Source: a virus (taxonomy: Duplodnaviria; Caudoviricetes). From it: a stretch of 59,213 bases of DNA. The translations under genes and the position numbers were made by a program. Below are positions 29,028-35,610 of the stretch, piece by piece. Each line of letters opens with the position of its first letter. Position 1 is the first letter of the stretch. The stretch lies in IMG/VR virus record IMGVR_UViG_3300032081_000715, positions 1 through 59,213 of that record, one strand, 5' to 3'. The notes beneath the pieces were generated by a model. It was not told where the DNA came from. It saw nothing but the letters and a program-made list of their open reading frames with translations, and searched no databases.

Positions 29028-29387
29028 TTAATCTTTTGGGGGACCTTGATTAACATTAGAAAGAACGTGTCTATGCCTTTTTTCTTCTGTACTTGATTTA
29101 GTCGGTAACCCGACTTCAGGGTTTTGATGATCCCCATGGTAAAGAGGGGATGCTATATTTTTAGTCATCATTGTATCTCCTCCTTCTTCTCCAACTAATG
29201 CTGAATGTATTTCATCAATCTTTGTATTCATATCGCCTGCTCCACCAGTTGCTGCTGCTCCTGCTTTACCTTTGCTACCTGGCAACATGTTTTTTAATCC
29301 TTTACCTATCGCATTTAGAAAAGGGTAAGGTGTTGAGTTACCTGATCTCATTTGAAAGGGTTTTCCACTTGATTTTTTTCTTTCCAT
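29028..29387 (-). CDS. Small late protein with PFQMRSG/SPLYH leader-like motifs
   Basis: Start moved to ATG 29387 (MERKKSSGKPFQMR), which avoids overlap with the upstream gene. Confidence 0.6.
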   Translation of the reverse strand: MERKKSSGKPFQMRSGNSTPYPFLNAIGKGLKNMLPGSKGKAGAAATGGAGDMNTKIDEIHSALVGEEGGDTMMTKNIASPLYHGDHQNPEVGLPTKSSTEEKRHRHVLSNVNQGPPKD

Positions 29388-29392
29388 ATTAT

Positions 29393-29779
29393 TTATTCTG
29401 TTTCTGCTTGGATAGCTTCTGCTTCCCAAGGGTGGTTAGGATGTCCTTCTGGCCAACGGCCATTTGGTCCATCAATTATAGGTTGTCCATCTTCTTCTTT
29501 ACGCATGTAAATTTTACCTTCCCACATAACCCAGTTATCTCCGTAATCAGCTCTACCTTGCTCCATTTGCTCAGTATGCTTTAGTTCGTGTTTCATTACT
29601 TTTTTACCGAACTCGCTATTTAAATCAACGTTAGGGTCTACTTCAATAGACCCGTCGTTGTTTGCTTGAGCTACTACACCTGGACCCATGCTTCCATTAG
29701 TTGTAACTTTTTTATTAGTAAAAGAAACATCTTTAGGAAATTTTATTCCACGTTTTTCAGATCCAAGCTTAAATGCCAT
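29393..29779 (-). CDS. Zincin-like metallopeptidase with MAFKL leader
   Basis: HELKH (HExxH) plus downstream PWEAEA third-ligand motif. Confidence 0.7.
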   Translation of the reverse strand: MAFKLGSEKRGIKFPKDVSFTNKKVTTNGSMGPGVVAQANNDGSIEVDPNVDLNSEFGKKVMKHELKHTEQMEQGRADYGDNWVMWEGKIYMRKEEDGQPIIDGPNGRWPEGHPNHPWEAEAIQAETE

Positions 29780-29781
29780 TT

Positions 29782-29976
29782 TTATTTTTTAGCATTTTTA
29801 TCATCCATTTTTTTCATATGACTCATTTCCATAGCTGAATGTTTTTTCATATGACTCATTTCCATAGCTGAATCATGCATTTTTTTGTTATGTGTTGTTC
29901 CATAAATTTTAGAAAGCGGTGATGCTGCTTCACTTTTAGCAAACATTGCCTTATAGTAGCTTGTATTTTTGTTCAT
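29782..29976 (-). CDS. Small His/Met-rich protein
   Basis: 64 aa; SPLSK and 2x SAMEMSHMKK. Confidence 0.6.
   Translation of the reverse strand: MNKNTSYYKAMFAKSEAASPLSKIYGTTHNKKMHDSAMEMSHMKKHSAMEMSHMKKMDDKNAKK
29809..29873. repeat. 33-bp-period tandem duplication (in-frame)
   Basis: ttttttcatatgactcatttccatagctgaat at 29809-29840 and 29842-29873. Confidence 0.9.
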
Positions 29977-29983
29977 TTTTTAA

Positions 29984-30277
29984 TTATTTAAAGGTTTTGA
30001 CCACTTTTGGGCCTTTAATGTACTCTAATTTTTTAGTAAAGTGCTCTACACTGCCGTTTATTGCGGCTTCTGCGCCTTCCATTGTCTCTCTTCGCGTAAT
30101 ATCTACCCAAGAATCGTTATTTTCGGGCTTATTTACCTCAGTTTGGTAGTACCCGTTGGGTAATTGCGTAATTCTCCAGTTCTTTTTAGTGGCTAAATGC
30201 TTCCATTCTGCCATTTGTTTCTCTGAAATTTTAGGTTCTGTAGTATAATTACTACTTTTATAGTATATGTATGTCAT
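29984..30277 (-). CDS. Hypothetical protein
   Basis: 97-aa ORF. Confidence 0.6.
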   Translation of the reverse strand: MTYIYYKSSNYTTEPKISEKQMAEWKHLATKKNWRITQLPNGYYQTEVNKPENNDSWVDITRRETMEGAEAAINGSVEHFTKKLEYIKGPKVVKTFK

Positions 30278-30320
30278 TGTTTTTGGTTTTAATTATTAAT
30301 TGGTATAAGGATTTTCCTTA

Positions 30321-30725
30321 TTATTGATCTGTTCCGAAAACCATCCACTCTACAGTAGGATCACTACCGTTTGGTGCGTAGGCCTTTAATGTTTTGTCAC
30401 CGTGCATTGGTACAAAAGCAAAGTCCCCACCATTCAACTGCATCCAAATAGGGTCTCCAGTGGTTGTATCGTTGTATATATATATTTTATTAGCGGCTGT
30501 AGTATCTGTATTTTTAACATATAAATAAGCTATTGCGGCGTAATCGTCTGCTGTGTACAGTGTAACTTGACCTGAAGCGGTTCCTTTAGCTGTCGATGTA
30601 ATTTTTTCTCTTGCTAGACCCGTAGAGTTTCTTGTATCAGTATGAGTAAACTGAGTTGAAAAAGATATAGCATCAGAAATTAAATCTGTACTTGCTAATG
30701 TTAATGTACCTGTTGTTGTAGCCAT
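30321..30725 (-). CDS. Hypothetical virion protein (paralog of 30741-31136)
   Basis: MATTTGTLTLAS...SDAISFS. Confidence 0.6.
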   Translation of the reverse strand: MATTTGTLTLASTDLISDAISFSTQFTHTDTRNSTGLAREKITSTAKGTASGQVTLYTADDYAAIAYLYVKNTDTTAANKIYIYNDTTTGDPIWMQLNGGDFAFVPMHGDKTLKAYAPNGSDPTVEWMVFGTDQ

Positions 30726-30740
30726 ATTTTTATATTTATT

Positions 30741-31136
30741 TTACGTTTCTGTATAGTAAGCACATTCTACTAGTACAGTATGTGAACTAGAAGATATACC
30801 TGTTATCTCAGTACTTGCTTGAGCAGGAAAATATGCAAATTCTTCTGGTCCAAGACTAAGACCAGCTGTTCCACCAAAGTTAATTATTAGGTTATTAGTA
30901 GTTGATGTAGATCCATCGCTTTGTTTTCCTGTATGTTTTATGTACGTATATTTAATACCTGCGCTTGAAGGAACAAGTACTGTATTTCCTCCACCGCCAG
31001 CGGCAACAGCTTTTTTAGATAAACCTTTAATAGGTGGTGATACATTGAGTGTATCTGTCACCGAGAAACTTAAAGCATCAGAAGATACTTCACCTGCGGC
31101 TGCAGCTAATGTTAATGTAGGTGTTAATGTTGCCAT
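30741..31136 (-). CDS. Hypothetical virion protein; first gene of late arm
   Basis: MATLTPTLTLAA...SDALSFS. Confidence 0.6.
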   Translation of the reverse strand: MATLTPTLTLAAAAGEVSSDALSFSVTDTLNVSPPIKGLSKKAVAAGGGGNTVLVPSSAGIKYTYIKHTGKQSDGSTSTTNNLIINFGGTAGLSLGPEEFAYFPAQASTEITGISSSSHTVLVECAYYTET

Positions 31137-31170
31137 ATTCGTATTATTTATTCTTTGTTGTACAAATAAG

Positions 31171-31179
31171 ATAATTACA
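31171..31179 (-). promoter_or_regulatory. Putative late promoter motif TGTAATTAT heading the late arm
   Basis: Intergenic, 35 nt upstream of ATG 31136. Confidence 0.55.
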
Positions 31180-31219
31180 TAGTGATCGTCATATTTACTC
31201 CCGTATTGTAAATATAGAA

Positions 31220-31292
31220 CCCGGGTGCATCCCCTCCTCCCCTACACACCCACCCCCACCACCAAACCCAATATATTTACCCAGTCCCATCC
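31220..31292. other. C-rich (+) / G-run (-) island at the strand-divergence point
   Basis: About eight C3-C5 runs in a non-coding stretch of an AT-rich genome. Confidence 0.7.
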
Positions 31293-31333
31293 ATTTTATT
31301 TCTATTCAATATTATCAATATCATTTTCACTTT

Positions 31334-31364
31334 ACAATATAAATACGAATACACTTTGATAATA
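31334..31364 (+). promoter_or_regulatory. Early promoter-like repeat copy 1 (ACAAWHTAAATACG-N10-GATAATA)
   Basis: One of six copies with invariant 10-nt spacer, each upstream of an ORF. Confidence 0.8.
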
Positions 31365-31423
31365 TAAATGTAAAACAACTAACAACTAATATAATATAAT
31401 AATAATAACTTAAATATAATAAT

Positions 31424-31642
31424 ATGAAGTCAAATAGATTTGTAATAAGAAAATCCTTAATAGGTAAAGATGTAGTAGTAGAATTCACTAACAAGAAAGG
31501 TGAAGACGTAAAGTATAATCATGATGAAGTGTATAACACTCACAAAGAAAGATTCGATGCGATGAACTGTTTCGCTAAGTATAAGTCGTACACTAATACT
31601 AACGCTATGCCCGCTTTCTGTAGAGATATGAAGATATCATAG
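31424..31642 (+). CDS. Early protein (paralog of 32090-32320)
   Basis: RFVIRKSL...YNHD.V...AKYKSYT. Confidence 0.75.
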   Translation: MKSNRFVIRKSLIGKDVVVEFTNKKGEDVKYNHDEVYNTHKERFDAMNCFAKYKSYTNTNAMPAFCRDMKIS

Positions 31643-31661
31643 TAATATCTCTACTAAATAC

Positions 31662-31708
31662 TGTGACAATAGGTAGTTACTCTAAGTACTTATAATGCTA
31701 ATGTCATA
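31662..31708. promoter_or_regulatory. Inverted-repeat operator-like site A
   Basis: TGTGACAATAG...GCTAATGTCATA; second copy at 37847. Confidence 0.6.
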
Positions 31709-31796
31709 CTATTAATAATAACTTTCATTATACAATGAGAGAAGTGGCGGAGTATGCGCTAACAAAAATAAATGTATAAACAAATAATATACTTTT

Positions 31797-31827
31797 ACAA
31801 ACTAAATACGGAAGAGCAAAGATAATA
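31797..31827 (+). promoter_or_regulatory. Early promoter-like repeat copy 2
   Basis: ACAAACTAAATACG-gaagagcaaa-GATAATA. Confidence 0.8.
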
Positions 31828-31851
31828 ATAATGTAAATAAAATAAATAGTT

Positions 31852-32022
31852 ATGGATTTAAAAAAATACTTAATAAATATGATACTAATGTTCGATGGAC
31901 ACGAGTATACTAAAATGGAATTATACACTAAAACATGTATACAATTATCAAGAATAAAAGATGATTTACTAATGCGAGATGATGTTAGTGTAAAAGATGA
32001 GTATGTTTGTACAGTAATATAA
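31852..32022 (+). CDS. Small early protein (56 aa)
   Basis: Hand-translated MDLKKYLINMILMFDGHEY...VCTVI*; sits between promoter copies 2 and 3. Confidence 0.6.
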   Translation: MDLKKYLINMILMFDGHEYTKMELYTKTCIQLSRIKDDLLMRDDVSVKDEYVCTVI

Positions 32023-32023
32023 T

Positions 32024-32054
32024 ACAAAATAAATACGATAAAGTAAAGATAATA
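32024..32054 (+). promoter_or_regulatory. Early promoter-like repeat copy 3
   Basis: ACAAAATAAATACG-ataaagtaaa-GATAATA. Confidence 0.8.
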
Positions 32055-32089
32055 ATAATATAAAGTTTAATACAATAAAATAAATAGTT

Positions 32090-32320
32090 ATGGAAAATAC
32101 AATTTCAAGTAAAAGATTTGTGGTAAGACAATCACTAGTCGGTCAAAATAAAACAATTAATGTTACTTTTAAAAATGGCAAAACTGCCACTTATAATCAC
32201 GATAAAGTATTCGCTATCATGAAAGATAAACTTGAAGCGATGGCTTGTTGGGCGAAGTATAAAAGTTATACTGCGAGTAATAACATACCAATGATGGTAA
32301 GAAATGAAGATATTGCCTAA
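32090..32320 (+). CDS. Early protein (paralog of 31424-31642)
   Basis: RFVVRQSL...YNHDKV...AKYKSYT. Confidence 0.75.
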   Translation: MENTISSKRFVVRQSLVGQNKTINVTFKNGKTATYNHDKVFAIMKDKLEAMACWAKYKSYTASNNIPMMVRNEDIA

Positions 32321-32540
32321 TGAAGCGTAAGTTTTCACACGAGGAAATCGTAGTAACGTCAGTACTCGTGATATGCTCAAGTAGTTTTTTCTACTACCTC
32401 GCTTTGTTTGTTTACAATATGGTAACAAATGGCGTACATATGAACATATAGTTGTAGTTCCACTTGTTTAGCAACTAAAAATAATACGAATGAGTAAAAG
32501 GTAGTAATGGTTTAAGTGAGTTCGATTCTCACCACTACCA
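32321..32540 (+). ncRNA. Candidate structured ncRNA ending in a T-arm/acceptor minihelix
   Basis: No plus-strand ORF in the track; several hairpins; 3' GGTAGT...GTGAG-TTCGATT-CTCAC-CACTACC-A. Confidence 0.45.
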
Positions 32541-32555
32541 CTTAAATTTAATAAT

Positions 32556-32834
32556 ATGATAGATAACTGTATGAGAAATACGTTTGGAGTACTCACTAAT
32601 AGGTGTAGTATTGAAGATATTCTTAATCAGTATGAAGGTAAAGATGCTATGTTTTATGGTAATCCACTCGATCTTCAAACTGATGAGTTGCAAGATATGC
32701 TTGAATACTTTGAAAATACTGAAGAATATGAGTACTGTAGCGAACTAAAAGAGTTAATTGATGCTAAAAATATAGCAGATATTGATATGTTTTTAGATAA
32801 ATTAGCAAGTAATAATGGTAAAACACTATATTAA
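32556..32834 (+). CDS. Early protein with UVR-like motif
   Basis: EEYEYCSELKELI. Confidence 0.6.
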   Translation: MIDNCMRNTFGVLTNRCSIEDILNQYEGKDAMFYGNPLDLQTDELQDMLEYFENTEEYEYCSELKELIDAKNIADIDMFLDKLASNNGKTLY

Positions 32835-32835
32835 T

Positions 32836-32955
32836 ATGAAGAAAATACTATTTTTATTAACAATTATAGCACTAACTTCTTGTTCTACACAAAATTTAGC
32901 GCTTAATTATGAAAGTCCATCACTTGATTGTGAAAACTGCGACGAGATTGACTAA
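32836..32955 (+). CDS. Small lipoprotein (39 aa)
   Basis: MKKILFLLTIIALTS-C lipobox; C-terminal DCENCDEID. Confidence 0.65.
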   Translation: MKKILFLLTIIALTSCSTQNLALNYESPSLDCENCDEID

Positions 32956-32965
32956 AATCTCACTT

Positions 32966-33039
32966 GGTTGAGTAGCTTAACTGGATAAAGCAACAGCCTT
33001 CTAAGCTGTAGAGTGTAGGTTCGAGTCCTACCTCAATCA
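32966..33039 (+). tRNA. tRNA-Arg(UCU)
   Basis: Acceptor GGTTGAG/CTCAATC; D-arm with GG; anticodon arm ACAGC-CTTCTAA-GCTGT; T-arm GTAGG-TTCGAGT-CCTAC; CCA not encoded. Confidence 0.92.
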
Positions 33040-33069
33040 CAATATAAATACGAACACTATAAGATAATA
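33039..33069 (+). promoter_or_regulatory. Early promoter-like repeat copy 4
   Basis: ACAATATAAATACG-aacactataa-GATAATA, abutting the tRNA 3' end. Confidence 0.8.
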
Positions 33070-33074
33070 ATAAT

Positions 33075-33218
33075 ATGAGATATGAATGTAAATATTGCGG
33101 TAAAAATATGACTTCACTAGTTCTTATGCAACTAGAAGGCAAAATAACTAAAGAAGAAGTTGAAAATTACTGCAAACTAAATGGATGTAAGCGTGAAAAA
33201 CAAGAGAATAACTATTAA
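33075..33218 (+). CDS. Small Cys-containing protein (47 aa)
   Basis: MRYECKYCGK...YCKLNGC; starts right after promoter copy 4. Confidence 0.55.
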   Translation: MRYECKYCGKNMTSLVLMQLEGKITKEEVENYCKLNGCKREKQENNY

Positions 33219-33336
33219 AATAGAGTCAAAAGAATATCGAAAAGGTAATCCTTTTTGGCAATTCTCTCGTTTCAAGCGTGTTCATAAGAGTAAAAAGACT
33301 TATAGTCGTAAGAAAAAACATAAAAATTATGAGTAA
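33193..33336 (+). CDS. Small basic ArfA-like peptide (47 aa)
   Basis: GTG start; NPFWQFSRFKRVHKSKKTYSRKKKHK; stop overlaps next ATG at 33329. Confidence 0.5.
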   Translation: MKNKRITIKIESKEYRKGNPFWQFSRFKRVHKSKKTYSRKKKHKNYE

Positions 33337-33532
33337 ATTAAAAACATTAGAAGAATTACTGCAAAATCACGACTGGTTTTACCAATATAGTGATGATTAT
33401 AGTGTATACGAGCGTGGTCAAAACGCTTGGAAAACTATAAGTAAAGTAATGGAAGCGCTAGATGATGCTGGTTTAAGTGATGAATCTAATGCTTTATATG
33501 AAAAATATTTACCAAAACAACTAAAATATTAA
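33329..33532 (+). CDS. Hypothetical early protein (HDWFYQYSDD motif)
   Basis: Start reassigned to ATG 33329. Confidence 0.65.
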   Translation: MSKLKTLEELLQNHDWFYQYSDDYSVYERGQNAWKTISKVMEALDDAGLSDESNALYEKYLPKQLKY

Positions 33533-33534
33533 TT

Positions 33535-34107
33535 ATGAATAAAGTAAAAAGTATACACGAAGCAAGAGCTATATTTGACTTGCTCGGTATTAAAGATGTC
33601 ACTAAAGACTGGCAGAGTAAAAAAGGTACTCAAGTTTTTGAGTTACCATTTAAAACTATGTATGCTAATGGCTATAAAGAAGTAAATAGATTTACTATTT
33701 ATAAAAGTGGCTATGTGCGTAAAATGCTAGTTAGCAGTAGTGGCGCAAGCTACTGTTGTTATCAACTAAACAGAACTCGCTCTGAAGATAATTACTATAA
33801 AGACTACGACATTAATGGTAACTGGACAGGTAAATACAATAAGTATGTCGGTAAAAAGCGAATAATGATACCTAATCATGAAGATCGCTTTGTTTACCTC
33901 TGTAATTATATACTTAAAAATTACTACAGAAATCAAACTGGTGCTAGTTTTTATAGAATTAATGACTATCAAACTAGTTTAATTAAGCAACAATCTAAAG
34001 AGCTTCATGAAACTAAATGTAGTAATGAACAATTACCATTTAAAGACTCGTCAGAACCAAGCGATGTACAATTAATAATTAACGGTCACCGTTATAAAGT
34101 AATATAA
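33535..34107 (+). CDS. Hypothetical early protein
   Basis: 190-aa ORF. Confidence 0.65.
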   Translation: MNKVKSIHEARAIFDLLGIKDVTKDWQSKKGTQVFELPFKTMYANGYKEVNRFTIYKSGYVRKMLVSSSGASYCCYQLNRTRSEDNYYKDYDINGNWTGKYNKYVGKKRIMIPNHEDRFVYLCNYILKNYYRNQTGASFYRINDYQTSLIKQQSKELHETKCSNEQLPFKDSSEPSDVQLIINGHRYKVI

Positions 34108-34108
34108 T

Positions 34109-34195
34109 ATGATAGAAATAATAATAATATTTGTATCTGGTTTTTGTGCAGGTATGTACATAACTACGCAAATAAGTGATAAAATAAGAAAATAA
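34109..34195 (+). CDS. Micro membrane protein (28 aa)
   Basis: MIEIIIIFVSGFCAGMYITTQISDKIRK; fills the gap exactly with TAATG coupling. Confidence 0.5.
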   Translation: MIEIIIIFVSGFCAGMYITTQISDKIRK

Positions 34196-34410
34196 TGATA
34201 GAAAAATTAAAAGAAATAGAACAAGAACTAATGGACGAGTTAAGTCCAGAAAGTTATGAGCAAGTAAAAAGCTTATTAGTTGATTTTACCGCTCATGAAA
34301 CAGCTGTTTATAAAGCAGGTTATTTAGATGGTTTACAAGCGGCTATACTATTATCTCATGAAAATAGTAGTAATCATAGCTACACTATTGATTTAGAAGA
34401 TATATTTTAA
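34195..34410 (+). CDS. Hypothetical protein
   Basis: 71 aa, coupled. Confidence 0.6.
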   Translation: MIEKLKEIEQELMDELSPESYEQVKSLLVDFTAHETAVYKAGYLDGLQAAILLSHENSSNHSYTIDLEDIF

Positions 34411-34413
34411 ATC

Positions 34414-34444
34414 ACAAATTAAATACGATTACTCGTAGATAATA
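34414..34444 (+). promoter_or_regulatory. Early promoter-like repeat copy 5
   Basis: ACAAATTAAATACG-attactcgta-GATAATA. Confidence 0.8.
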
Positions 34445-34445
34445 T

Positions 34446-34667
34446 ATGTATATGAACAAATGTATAAAATGTAATAGTATCATGCCACAAGGTCGCGTTG
34501 ATCTTGGCTATAAAGTTTGTGTTAACTGCTCGTCAGTAATGCGTTATGGATGTATACCAATAACAAATCACAAGACAGGTAACGAAATACAAATAATGTC
34601 TAGCGAAGACGCTGAGTATATACTCAAGAAAACACGTAGACGTGGCTATGGTACTATGTTGAAATAA
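34446..34667 (+). CDS. TraR/DksA-type C4 zinc-finger protein
   Basis: CIKC...MPQGR.......CVNC. Confidence 0.55.
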   Translation: MYMNKCIKCNSIMPQGRVDLGYKVCVNCSSVMRYGCIPITNHKTGNEIQIMSSEDAEYILKKTRRRGYGTMLK

Positions 34668-34684
34668 CTAAAATAATTAATAAT

Positions 34685-34858
34685 ATGACAATAGAAATAA
34701 CACAAGATGACTTTCAAGCTTACGAAGATGTAAGAGAATCAGGAGTAACTAACATGTTTAATACTTCTGTAGTTTCCGACTATTCAGGATTAAGTAGAGA
34801 TAAGATAGTTAGCATTATGCAAAACTATTCTGCGCTGAGAGATAGATACGGAAACTAA
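34685..34858 (+). CDS. Small protein (57 aa), DUF5049-like
   Basis: Hand-translated; VRESGVTNMF motif. Confidence 0.6.
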   Translation: MTIEITQDDFQAYEDVRESGVTNMFNTSVVSDYSGLSRDKIVSIMQNYSALRDRYGN

Positions 34859-34859
34859 T

Positions 34860-35225
34860 TCCGTAAGTCTCCAACGATAATAGCCTTCACGCGGCTGGAG
34901 ATGTAAGTAAATAACGTAATTGTCGTAGACTAGTTATTGAAACTAATAATTATCAAACGCGGGCGAAGAGAGTGTAACCGAAACTCGGCTCACCGAAACT
35001 CGGTATCTAATCTTCTTGCTGCACGAGTGGTGCAAACAGTACACGGTACTAGCTACTCAAAAAATCCGTCAAAGGTAGATCTAAAGTAGAATGAAACGGT
35101 ATAACTACCTCTACAGACGGTGAGTATGAACAGGAGTAATTGCTTGCACTAGTAAACGTTTTAACGAGCTAGTGAGTAATGAAGGTTGCTTGACGAAGCA
35201 GTGGGTTCGAGTCCCACTCATACTA
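34860..35225 (+). ncRNA. Candidate large structured ncRNA with tRNA-like 3' domain
   Basis: About 365 nt, GC-enriched, ORF-free in the track; many stems; AGTATGA(35123)/TCATACT(35224) acceptor-like stem plus GTGGG-TTCGAGT-CCCAC T-arm. Confidence 0.6.
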
Positions 35226-35230
35226 CAATT

Positions 35231-35261
35231 ACAAATTAAATACGAATAAAGTAAGATAATA
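35231..35261 (+). promoter_or_regulatory. Early promoter-like repeat copy 6
   Basis: ACAAATTAAATACG-aataaagtaa-GATAATA. Confidence 0.8.
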
Positions 35262-35266
35262 ATAAT

Positions 35267-35530
35267 ATGAAAAATTTATACGAAAAACTAAAACCTGAAA
35301 TACGCGATAGTATTCAGGAAGACTTAAAAAAATATCCTGCTACAACTATGGCTTTAATTGACAGCTTAAAGCGTAATAACTTTTGGTCTGATTTAAAAGT
35401 CCATGATGTTAGTAAGCTTATTAACTTTTCTCATACTAATTTATTATCTATAAGCCATATGGATTTATTATATGGTGATAGATTTTTAGTTAGTGATGAT
35501 GAAGATTATGTAGTATCAATAACAGGATAG
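35267..35530 (+). CDS. Hypothetical protein
   Basis: 87 aa after promoter copy 6. Confidence 0.65.
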   Translation: MKNLYEKLKPEIRDSIQEDLKKYPATTMALIDSLKRNNFWSDLKVHDVSKLINFSHTNLLSISHMDLLYGDRFLVSDDEDYVVSITG

Positions 35531-35610
35531 TATGTTTGAGGTAAAAACAGTAATAATAATACAGCTTATATGTTATATACTATGGGCTATACAAGTAAGA
35601 ATTAAATAAT

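Noticed and set aside
5639-31182. Short plus-strand or off-frame ORFs overlapping structural genes and groEL
   Set aside because: Lie on or within well-supported genes; no motifs
33901-33909. TGTAATTAT inside a coding region
   Set aside because: Not at an operon head; expected by chance in AT-rich DNA
34860-35225. tmRNA or canonical tRNA
   Set aside because: No GGGG 5' end or TCCACCA 3' end, no Ala acceptor identity, no standard D or anticodon arm
31334-35261. Repeats as a CRISPR array
   Set aside because: Irregular spacing of hundreds of nt with genes in between; variable core; no cas genes
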